Shown piece by piece: positions 25,528-37,171 of a DNA stretch of 64,000 nucleotides. The stretch is from Octopus vulgaris (lineage: Eukaryota). Below the pieces are notes generated by a model, which saw nothing but the letters and a program-made list of their open reading frames with translations, did no database searches and was not told the origin of the DNA. Numbering within the stretch: position 1 is the first letter of the stretch; each line of letters opens with the position of its first letter. The stretch covers positions 27,156,001 to 27,220,000 of the forward strand of contig OX597815.1 of the NCBI GenBank assembly GCA_951406725.2, read 5' to 3'. Made by a program: the position numbers and the translations under genes.

Positions 25528-27797
25528 TTAAATGTGTAGGAGCCTGTTGTTAGAAGCAACAGCATGTGTGCAATTAACGTACAAAGGGACAAGTGTAGAA
25601 GATGTAATCAAACATTTGGATACATTAGAGTTGTTAAAGTATGGATTGAGGAGAGTTCTATAAATGCATGCTACAATGTAGTAGTCTGTGAGGAAATTTC
25701 AGTTTCAGAGATGTGAGATAAATGAAGGCCACAAGTGGGTAGACAATACCTAAGATTTTGCTTTTACCAAAGTTCTGAAGGGTAAGAGAACAGTTGGACA
25801 TAACATAAAAGAGCAAGCTTCTGTAGATCTGACTCAACAGAAAAACACAATGGTCACTGAGAAGAGAAAGAGACTCAAATTGATGAGCTCTGGACTGTTA
25901 AAACAGCTATAAATCCCTTGTTGCTGTTAACAGGCAAATGCACAGAAGACTAATCAAATATTTATTTGAACTATATATCATATACTATATAAATGAGAGT
26001 GCATGTAGTTATATATGCACGTTTGGCCCCAAAAGGCTCTGAAATGGTGCATCTTCGTTTATATAAAATGAATTATGAATATTCATCTAACTTATTGCAA
26101 AAGTTGTTGTTCAGACCCCCAATCAACTGTGATCAAAGTCGCCCAAACCATAAACATTTCGACTTCGGTGTATCTAAAGTGTCAATTGGTTAATGTAGTC
26201 TCACATATCTATTTCTTTACTACCCACAAGGGGCTGAACACAGAGAGGACTAACAAGGACAGACAAACGGATTAAGTCGATTATATCGACTCCAGTGCGT
26301 AACTGGTACTTAATTTATCGACCCCGAAAGGATGAAAGGCAGAATTTGAACGTAGCGGCAGACGAAATACGGCTACGCATTTCGCCGGGCGTGCTAACGT
26401 TTCTGCCAGCTCGCCGCCTTATAATGCATTTAGGACCATATTATCTAATGTACCCTGCTCTTTTTTAAGACAGAAGGGTGTGACGTAAAGGAGACTTGTC
26501 TACTATTTCCAATAGATCATACGACTGCTCAAAGGCTTCTTCAACTTATATAATGACTTTGTATTAAGATTGTGCACTATTAATGCAGTTTGGAGAGAAT
26601 CGGTGAAAGGCCAAACAATAGGGTATCATAACAAGGTTGCAGAATCAGTTTTGCACTGTTTTTGTCGCTGATGTCTGGAGATCGTCCTTTATTATGATCG
26701 TTTAACACAAAGGGCCTTACTGAAGAATCCTCCAGTGTGATGTCACGGAAGCAATGATGTTTGAATCTGAAGAAAATAGAGTTTTCTTTTCTTTTTGTTT
26801 TGTTTAGATGTCATCCTTACTTGACTCAGTCGAGCGTGGTAGGAGAAACCTGTCTACGTTTCGATTCCCTGTAGAAAACATTTCCTTTCAGTTTTAACAA
26901 CGCTAATTTGTTTATTTTTTGATTTTCACTTTCCGATTCCCCGTAAATATATAGAGTGTTGTTACTCGTAGAAGAAATCGAAGTATCTTTTAGTCCAGCA
27001 AGCCGGTTTTGATAACCGATTGAAGCTTACATTTCATTCGCGTTGACAACGCCCTTGGGAAATGCATGAACGTCACAAAATCTCGACTCTTCTGTAAATT
27101 TCTAGTTGTGCACTTTTGTAGTCTTAATACCAAACTCACGCTAGAATATTTTGGAAATAACATTTACGGTTTATTAATAATTCTAGTCTTCTTAGTAAAA
27201 TATCTAGAAGATATATATAGATTAGTCTTATAGAAAGCGATTGTATGACGAGGGAAGTTCTTTTGAAGTTACCGTGCACCCATGCATTGATGTACATGTG
27301 TGTGTGTGTGTGTGTGTTTGATGGGGTGTGGGAGACAGACAGTATGTTGTGTAAGTGAAGTGCTTCTGTTAGTGTGTATGAAGAGACAGAGTAATGTGTG
27401 AAAGAAAGAGATAACTGAAATTTTTTACTCGGTGTATGTGTACATGTATGTATATTACTTCAAAAGTTCCCGCAAGCCCATATGTAAAAAAAAAAAGAAA
27501 GTTTTTTACGGAAATCGACGGAAAGGTCTACTAGAGACGAAAGATCGCCGGAGATTAATGTTGATAATTTTGCTTAAGTAATATTGCTCTTATGTTGCCT
27601 AGTAATAAACACAAGCCGGATAATCACCGAAAGCACGTTTATAATACATTGTTTACTTATTTCTAACGGCGGTGTTTTCATCAAACTATACTAAAATATT
27701 TCACAATCCAATCTATCAGTCTATAGTACATGCAATAATACGTCTTTACGATTCAATTAAATCGTTAAAAACATAAATTGTATGTGATACTACTTAC

Positions 27798-27926
27798 CTT
27801 TGTATCTACATCGCCCATTCCCTCCTTTCGGAACTGGTCGAACAAACCTTGAGATTTCAACTTGTCTATGATCTCCTGAACAAGTTTGGGATCCCCAGGT
27901 GAAGATGAAGTTACTGCCGTACTCAT
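27798..27926 (-). CDS. BOD1L1: BOD1/BOD1L-family protein, coding exon 1
   Basis: Translates MSTAVTSSSPGDPKLVQEIIDKLKSQGLFDQFRKEGMGDVDTK, matching the BOD1/Shg1 N-terminal motif (LKSxGLFDxFR...DVDTK); ends at AAG|gtaagt, phase 0. The symbol is a family-level assignment. Confidence 0.92.
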
Positions 27927-28112
27927 GATGCAACATCAGAAAATACATATACAAATATCTTTCCGTCTTATTTATCCTTGAAAAATATAGAATTTGAATT
28001 ATACAATGTTAACAACTGAAACATGACATATAGACATATCATCCATTATTGTTGAGTCTCGTTCTGAGAAAGTGGTAGTTACGATCAAATAACTGCCAAG
28101 ATAACTACATAC

Positions 28113-28180
28113 CAGATCTAAGATCGGCCATGTTGTTAAAGGCAAAAAGGAAGAGGAAAAAAACACACTTCAGCTTCTTT
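28113..28180 (-). promoter_or_regulatory. Candidate BOD1L TSS/first UTR exon with YY1-like motif
   Basis: Minus-strand CAACATGGCCG (28125-28135) downstream of a pyrimidine run, followed by TCTG|gtatgt; about 200 nt upstream of the ATG. Confidence 0.4.
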
Positions 28181-29100
28181 TTAACCATAAATGTATTTTA
28201 TTTTCGAAATTTATAAGAAAAAAATTTGAAAAATAACATATAATGTTAAGATTTTGTATTATTTTATATCATTTTGAAATAAAATGCTACAAGCTGTGTT
28301 TATTCTGTGAACAAAATGGGAAAATATCTAATTAAGAATTTCTTACTTAGGAAAAAGTTTCAGAATTTAAGGAAGGGATATGGTATTGAGAGATATTAAT
28401 TCTCAAAGGTAAAATGTTACAAAGTGTTGCTTAGATGCAGAATTGTTTTGACTTAAGGGTAATTTAATAGTAACCTTGAAAGACAAGATTTTGTATTTTG
28501 TTTACTGTTGCATACATGTAAGGATAAGTATTCTAAAGCCTGTGAGGAGCATGCAGTTTTGACAGTTGCAAGTCAACAATTGCAGGAAAAGCCTGTAGTT
28601 GTTGACAAGCAAAGAAATTCTAGATGACCAATACCCAAGGAAAGCAAAACTGGACATAGTGATGAGTGCAAGGACTGGAGAGGAGGCCATATGGGTGGCA
28701 AGAAGAATTGAAATAAGGGAGTCAGGAATGATGGCTTGAGTAGGAGTGGCATGAGATCCACCAATTTCAATGAACAATAGAAAAGGTAGAAAGAGGAAAC
28801 TGTACTGCTGTAAGCTCAAAACTGAAATGCCAGTATTAATCCCAATCTAATAATTCAAGAAGCTGACAATCTTTTGCTTTGGCAGAAACGTTAGCACGCT
28901 GGGCGAAATGCTTAGCGGTATTTCATCTGCCGCTACGTTTTAAGTTCAAATTCCATCGAGGTCGACTTTGCCTTTCATCCTTTCGGGGTCGATAAATTAA
29001 GTACCAGTTATGCACTGGGGTCAATGTAATCGACTTAATAAAGACAGACAAAATACCGCTAAACATTTTGCCAGGCATATTAACGATTCTGTCTGTTCAC

Positions 29101-29140
<40 letters not shown>

Positions 29141-29169
29141 GTAACGATAATAATGATAATGATAATATT

Positions 29170-29830
29170 TACTTTATTAACCACTAAAGGGTTCACAGAA
29201 ACATGGGAGCTGGTACAGTACAATACACTGGGGTTACATAAAGGAGCATGGAAAAAATAACAATAATAAATATAATTTCAACAATGAAAGTGGGAGACTT
29301 CCTAAGGTTGCTTGTGGAAACCCCACAAAACCACAGTTGCCCTGACCACTAGGGCAAGTGCCCTTTCCTTGTCTTCTTCCTTCAATCTATAGGTGCAAGC
29401 TTTGACCATTATCGCCACATTCACCCACCTTCCAAAAAATCACCAGGAGACAGCACTTCCCTTTCCACCATCACTTTCCTATTCAAGTGAAGCTTGAAAA
29501 AAATTCATGAGGGCTTGGCCAAAGAGGAAAGTGTCTATCTTTAGCCCTTTCCATCTGGCCCACCACACAACCTCTTTCGCTCAGGCCACCAAACAGATAA
29601 ACACTGCCTGCTCCGCTTGGCCAAAGGAAGGTGACAGAACAATCTTCACAATGGACTCAGCCAATAGATGGATCCATTTTACATGTAACAGCAGGTGTTC
29701 GGCATAAACCAACAAATCAGCAATGCTCAGGCATTGGGTAAGAGCATGCAGAACAGTTTTGTCACTATTTCCACGTCTTGGACATGCCCAACCAACAGCA
29801 CTTCCATGTCTGTAGATACAGTGCATCACG
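29170..29830 (-). mobile_element. L1/Tx1-like LINE 3' relic
   Basis: Degenerate zinc knuckle (YRHGSAVGWACPRRGNSDKTVLHALTQC), AATAAA, then a (TTA)n tail at 29101-29168. Confidence 0.6.
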
Positions 29831-30240
29831 AAGATGTCTTACTTGTCTTGTCTTGCTCCCCACACTCCATATTGCATTTCTGCAGCTGCCTTCCCTTCCA
29901 TCAAACAATGAAGGTTTCTTCTGCATAATTCAACCAGGCCTAGTCTTCATATGCATAGGTAGGAAATCCCTAACATGCTAATTAACCTATAACTGGGACC
30001 TTCATACATGCTGCTACTTTGGGGTCAGAGTAGACCTGGGAACAATAATGGCTAAGAAGAGGTTACCACACTCCTCAAATCCTGGATCAACTGAGTTAGG
30101 GCTCCACTACTGGATGTAGTTTAAAGTCATATCCAGGACATACATACATACATGTATGTGTGTGTACATAAATACATACATATAGACAAATATATATATA
30201 TATATATATATGTTTATAGATATATGTGTGTGTGTGTGTA

Positions 30241-30437
30241 TTTAGGGATAAACCACTAGGTGGATAACCAATATGCTAGAAGAAGATCATATACGATCTA
30301 ACTACAATGAAAAGAATGTTCTCCAGAGAAATTCAGCAAACACCAGAAGAACTGGAGAACATTCTTTTCTTTGTAGTTAGATCGTATGTGATCTTCTTCT
30401 AGCATATTGGTTATCCACCCAGTGGTTTATCCCTAAA
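30241..30437. repeat. Long inverted repeat (86-bp arms, 25-nt loop)
   Basis: 30241-30326 is the reverse complement of 30352-30437 with 3 mismatches by my count. Confidence 0.92.
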
Positions 30438-30546
30438 TATACACATGTATTCAAACTATTTTCTGATTTTTCTGGTTTTTTTATATATGCTAGGCTACTG
30501 GTTTTAAATTGATATTAATTAAATTAGTATTCAATTTATCATCCTC

Positions 30547-30617
<71 letters not shown>

Positions 30618-31049
30618 ATACACACATGTATACATACACAAGCGTACACACACACTCACACAGCAGGAGGGGAAGGAGCTTGAGATCACCAAGAGAGACT
30701 ACCGAAACAGACATAATCATCATCTTCATCATTTATGTCTGCCTTCCATAGTGGCATAAGTTAAATATTATTTCAACATATATCCGACCAGTCAGAAGGA
30801 CCATGTCATGCTTTGATGTCTCAGGTTGTGCATGGTTAGGAAGGATTGGATGCACTTCCTTACACCAACCATTCTACAGAGCGTACCGGGTGCTTTTTTT
30901 TTTCTTTCATAGTACCAGAACTACCAAGGTTGCTTTGTTATTTGGCAAAACTAAGCAACCACCATAACAGGAGAGAGAGAGATGATTTGAGGGAAAGTGA
31001 TGAGAAGATGAAGTATGATAAGCGGAACAGATTTATTACAGTGTTGTGC

Positions 31050-31530
31050 AAGAAGACTGCTTGAAGGGGGAAGATTTTCCCTTCTCGGTAATGGCTTTGA
31101 TTGTTCCATGGTGTTATTCCATAATCTTATTTCTACTTGGCCTATATCAGCTCCGAAGAAGCGTCTGACATTCTATTTGTCGAGCGTTTCCTTCAGCAGC
31201 CCTCAACGAAATGCGATGCTGTTGTCTATGAATAACTTGTCCACCGAGCCCCTTGCTAAGAATATCTCGTTCAGCATTCCTGAAACTTCAATCGCAGTCG
31301 CCCATCACGATTTGTCTCTATATCGTCATCTGCCCTGGTCTACAGCTGATCATTGAGAGATACGATCTTCTCTCGTAACGCGTTACATCGAGTGCCAGCC
31401 GCTTTCTAGTCTTCCTCCACCTGAATTTTCCTCCATTTCATGCACATTCGGTGTGGGGTCGGTTAATGGACTGACACTTGTCATTAGCTATCGACCATTT
31501 ATTGCTGAGGAGTAGACAAATTATGTGACA
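31050..31530 (-). mobile_element. LTR-retrotransposon (Gypsy-like) integrase relic
   Basis: Frameshifted translation gives KCQSI..., KRLALDVTRY, LFIDNSIAFR and RPSRNKIMExHHGTIK, i.e. decayed zinc finger plus D-D-E core motifs. Confidence 0.7.
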
Positions 31531-32944
31531 CCCAGCAAGACACCGGAGTTTAAGATGTTTGAAGTATTGATTCCCTTCTCTGCAATAATCTGTTTCTGTA
31601 ATATTTATCGAAGAATATTTTATTTTAGCTTGAGAGATACGAGAAAATTAAAAACAAGCGTGAAATATATAAATATTTATTGTAAGAAATCCTCTGGAGA
31701 AGGAATCGTCTCTAGATGACAACAAAGAAATGTACAAGTTTACGAATATTTCAGACATAACTAATGGCATAGCTTGTCCATTTAAAAAATTTAATCAAAT
31801 CTAATTAAAAGTATTATTCTTTTTAAGACTCTCACTGCAACAGAAATAAAAGACGAAATTAAATATATTTTCTAAAAAATAATCACTATTTTATGAACTG
31901 TCTATAATTTATTTTCTGCTGAAGTTTTCGGTTAGTTTTCACTAATAAACATTCCGGTGCTATGAAATGGTGACTGCATGAAATATAGTTAAAGAGGTCG
32001 ATGCAGTAGTTTTGGATTTAATATTAACGTAAATATTTTTATTGTATTATTATCAGTTAACATGATTTGTAACTATTTTATTTTTACATTGTCTTTAGCT
32101 AAACAAGTTCATCAAATCTCTCACCCACACGTATTTTTACATTGAAATACCTCAAAGATTTACTGAATTTGCTTTGTTTTGTCCCTTCCTGGTGTGTGAT
32201 TGAACAAGTATTAGTAATATTTTGGGTAGATTTCTTCTCTTACATCCACCCGTCTTGGGAAACGTGTGTAAATATTAAATCTTTGAGCTGATTTGCTGGT
32301 ACTGCCCTATACCTACAACTTATATGAAGCGAGCGAAAATTTGACAGCTAGAAATAACGTCTAAATTTTCCTCAAACACTCTAATGACTTAAAAGACAAA
32401 AATATTGGTTTGTGTTGTTCTGGGGGTACACTATGTCTGAAGAAGACAAAGAAAAGCAAATAGACCGGACGGTGAATGTTTTTGATGCTAGGTGTGTTCG
32501 ATCAGAACAATTGGTAAGAATCTTCTTTGTTATAGGAACGTAACCAGCTGATAGACTGAAACAAGTTAGCGTGATAGGAAATACAATAAGGTTTATATAG
32601 TAAGGTTTTTAATTTCTGAAACTATTTTTCGATAAAAATATTTTCATTCTTTTTATTGAGTAATCTCTCTCTCTATAATTGCATACTGTAGGATGTGAAA
32701 GATGAACAATGCATGAAGTTTTAAGAAAGTATTTATACACCGTTACGTTACAATACCTTGCCTCGATGGGCAGGTTATGATAAATCCAAAAGCATGCGAA
32801 GTAAAGTTTGTGTATGTGTTCTCTTCATTGTTTAGTAGTAATTGCGGAGAGAGATTGAATGATGTTGTAAGAGAATAGAATTAGAGCTAGTGAGAGTTGT
32901 AGGGTGTTGTCTCACAGTTGCTGACAGTAAACTTCATTTTTCTC

Positions 32945-34422
32945 GCTGCAAACCTTTAACACTTATATTCAATATGTCATTGGCGACGGGTGTTATACCT
33001 GCGTACTGGAGAACAGCGATAATCTGCCCAATTTTCAAGAAAGGGAGCCGCGAAGACCTGCTTAACTACCGACCGGTTTGCCTTACTTCAATAATCAGCA
33101 AGATGTTCGAAACCATCCTTAAGAAAAGTATGTTGCTCCACCTCCAAAACACAGCCTCTATCTCTGATTCCCAACATGGCTTCATGCCGAAGAGATCATG
33201 CTTGACCAACTTACTGGTAATGGAAGAATTGGTGACGCATATCCTGGATGATGGTGATGCTGTTGACATCGTTTTATTGGACTTTGCCAAAGCTTTTGAT
33301 GCGGTAAACCACCGCCTATTACTTGTCAAGCTTCAAGCATATAGTTTCCATCCAGATATTGTACGATGGGTTGGTGCCTTCCTCTCAGATCGCTCCTTCC
33401 AAGTTCAAGTTAATGGTTCGCTGTCCGACGTCTCCAGTGTGAGCAGTGGCGTGCCCCAAGGTTCAGTGCTTGGGCCCTTATTGTTCTTAGTCTTCATAAA
33501 TGACTTGCCCGACGACCTCACGCAACACACCCTTCTATTTGCCGATGATGTCAAACTGGTCGCTCCTTGCAGTGATATAGATGATCTTCGTCGATGCCTC
33601 CACCAAATTTGGAGATGGTCTAACGAATGGAACCTGTGTCTGAACGTGTTAAAGTGCTGTCATCTGCCTGTTGGCTCTTCTCCTGCAACTCAACTTGATT
33701 TCGAGCCGGGTCGTCTGCTGCTGGAGAGGACCGACCAGGTAAAGGACCTGGGTATCTTGGTGGATTCTTCCTTTTCGCCTTCAGCCCAGTGCGTCCATGC
33801 TGCCAACAAAGCACGCGGAGTTCTGTTTTTGATTCAATGGTCATTCGGAATGCTCACAGCAGCCATATTCCTACCACTCTATGTCACGCTGGTGAGGCCC
33901 ATATTGGAGTATGGGATTCAAGCCTCTTCTCCTTATCTCCTCAAAGACATACATCATCTCGAAAGAGTCCAGAAGCTGGTTACCCGCATGGTTCTTGGTC
34001 TCAAGCATTTGTCTTATGAAGAAAGGCTGAAGACGCTCAACCTTTATTCTCTAGAAAAACGCCGCCACCGTGGTGATCTCATTCTTGCTCACAACATCAT
34101 AAGCAGAAAGTGTACCCTCTCGAAAGAGCTGTTCTTCACTCCTGCTCCAGAGCGTTGGCTGCGGGGTCACTCCGAAAAGCTCTATCTGTGATGATTTCAT
34201 CTCAATCGAAAGAGAGGGGCTTTCTCCGTCCGGGTTGTAGACCTGTGGAATAAGCTGCCGGACGAGATAGTGAAGATGCCGACAACCGCTCGGTTCAAAG
34301 TCTCTTTTGACCAGAAATGGCCTGAACTCTTTGCATGAACACCACCCTGTACATAACTCCATGTCCCCCTACATGGCCTTGCTTTTTGCTTTTTGAGCCA
34401 AAAAATTAACTTAACTTAACTT
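32945..34422 (+). mobile_element. CR1/L2-group LINE, 5'-truncated, RT largely intact
   Basis: NYRPVCLTS, QHGF, LDFAKAFD, GVPQGSVLGP and FADDVKL motifs; (TAACT)n tail. Confidence 0.92.
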
Positions 34423-34844
34423 TAGTAGAGGCATTCCTTGTGATCCTTATTCTAGCAGTCCATTCCCTAACTAATTGAGTTGTCACGAGCTGCCTCGCCC
34501 AGTTGTCGCCAAGTGACTACTTGGTTGAGTCATCACCGACTGTGACTAACTGATTTTTGCTTAGGGTGTGCTTGCTTTTATAACTATTCAGAAGGATAGA
34601 TATATCATTGAGAACAGTAGATTTAGTTGGTGGTCTTGTTATCTCGATTCTAGTTTTTGATGAAGTTGAAGAGGTTAGAAAGGGTCAAGTGGTGAAGACA
34701 TTATTTTGGCCTAGCGAAAGGCATCTGGAAAATGTAAAACTGCTGTCAGAGAAAAACCATTGTTCCACCGTGGGAACAATTCTTTTGCAATGTTAATTTA
34801 AATTTGGCTATGGTGGATCAAATCCACTTTGTGCTTGCAAGATT

Positions 34845-34875
<31 letters not shown>

Positions 34876-35843
34876 CACATTTGTGTCATTTTCTTTTTGT
34901 ACCTTATAATTTAACACACTCACCGGTAAAATTTCCACTTATTTCTTATTTTTATTTTTCTAAAATTTTCATTGCATCATGCAATCTTTTCAATAGTCTT
35001 GACTCTGTCTGTTATTTACACTGCGTTGCTTTTTGCTTGATTGTGCGCATGTGTGTGGGTCAGTGTGTGTGTGCCCATGCATGCATACATGTATGTATGT
35101 ATGTATACATGTGTGTGTATGTATATATATGTGTGTATGCATATGTATCCAACCCATGCTAGCATGGAAAGCGGACGTTAAACGATGATGATGATGATGA
35201 TGTATGTGTGTGCATCTGTATATTTATGTGCTTACATGTCCGTGTTTGTGTATTTTCTATGTATGTGGGTGTGTGAGTGTGTTTGTATATGTATGCACCT
35301 CTGTCTCCTTGTGTGTGCGTGTGTGTGTGTTTTGCAACTATGTACCATGTTTGTATGTATGGATATGCATCTCTATATGTGTGGACACGTGTCTCCATAT
35401 GTGTCCTTGTGTGAAGTAAAGTGTGTGTGTGTGTATATATGGTCATGTGTTTTACTCTCCATTTGCGTATGTGTGCTTGTCTGTTCATATAACTTATGTA
35501 CCTATCCGTCTGCATGTTGATCTGTTTATTTTCACATCCATATGCTTACATACATATACATACACACACATATATACATACATCTACATAACAGCCCACT
35601 AACTATTCTACCCTACCTGTGTAAACTGTGGGTATGGAGGTATGATATCTGGTTCACTTGTTATTGTACATCTATAAACATTGTATGTGTTTATATGTTC
35701 AAAACTACTAAAATATATGCCTGGGTACATGATCTAACAAAGAGGTTACATACATTTTTCTAAATGTTTTCGAGGTACAGCAAACAGGAACATGAAACTC
35801 TGAGTAACAGTTTTGTGAAGATTTTGTCGCTTTAATAAAAGTG

Positions 35844-35888
<45 letters not shown>

Positions 35889-35970
35889 TTTATTTAAAGC
35901 ATATTACTCTACCACTGGTATTTGAGTACTCTTTTTTCCACCTTGTTTCACATTTATGTGTTTACTCCGG

Positions 35971-36001
<31 letters not shown>

Positions 36002-36030
36002 ATAGATAGATAGATATAAATATATATATA

Positions 36031-36420
36031 GGTGCAGGAGTGGCTGTGTGGTAAGTAGCTTGCTTACCAACCACATGGTTCCGGGTTCAGTCCCACTGCG
36101 TGGCATCTTGGGCAAGTGTCTTCTGCTATAGCCTTGGGCCGACCAATGCCTTATGAGTGGATTTGGTAGACGGAAACTGAAAGAAGCTTGTCGTATATAT
36201 GCATGTATGTGTGTGTATATGTTTGTGTGTCTGTGTTTGTCCCCCTAGCATTGCTTGACAACCGATGCTGGTGTGTTTATGTCCCCGTCACTTAGCAGTT
36301 CGGCAAAAGAGACTGATAGAATAAGTACTGGGCTTACAAAGAATAAGTCCCAGGGTCAATTTGCTCGACTAAAGGCGGTGCTCCAGCATGGCCGCAGTCT
36401 AATGACTGAAACAAGTGAAA
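36031..36420 (+). mobile_element. tRNA-derived SINE family A, full length
   Basis: ggtgcaggagtggctgtgtggtaag A box, gggttcagtccc B box, body and gaaacaagt tail. Confidence 0.9.
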
Positions 36421-37171
36421 GAGATAGACAGACACACAGACAGATATTCTTTCTATCAAGCCTTCAATTCGTTTTTTCGTAACCACTAAACTTGTACAAA
36501 TTTAGCTTTTAGTCAGTTAACTTCAGCAACTAATTACAGATGTTTGATGAGTCAGTAGAGATTCAATTTGGTTGCTCAGCCTATTGAAAATAGCTGAAGG
36601 ATCTCCTTCAACTCACATCTGCTTTAAATAAGAAAAACATGCATTGGATATTGTAGTCCAAGATATCTCTAAATACAGAACTGTCACAACTGGAATGTTT
36701 TTTTTTCCTTTTTTTGTTACCTTTCATGACCCCCATAATTTCAGCCTTAATATTATCTTTAATAATATTTACGTCGTTTAAGCTGTGAGCTGGCGAATTC
36801 TTAGCACACAAGGCAAGATGCTTAATGGTATTTCAACATGTTTTTATGTTTTGAGTTAACCTCTACTGAGGTTAACTTTGCCTTTCATTCCTTCAGGGTC
36901 GATAAAATAAGTAGCAGTTGAGCACTGGAGTCAGTATAATTGACTACACTGCTCTCCTGATCTTGCTGGCCTTGTGCCAAAATTTGAAACCAACCTAGTT
37001 TTTGTCTTGTCTATTTTTATTTTATAATTTTAGATAATAATGTCAAAAAATATTTTTTATGGTTAAATTTAAAATTGTTTTCCCTACTAAACTGGTTTTC
37101 TTCTGTTATAGGGTGGATTATATTCACACCAATGAAAGATATTTTGAATCAGTCAGTATCTTCTTTGAATA

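Noticed and set aside
26716-26775. CTGAAGA hits as hammerheads (also 21317)
   Set aside because: No correctly placed GAAA or closing stems.
31015-31356. 113-aa plus-strand ORF
   Set aside because: Antisense to a decayed integrase.
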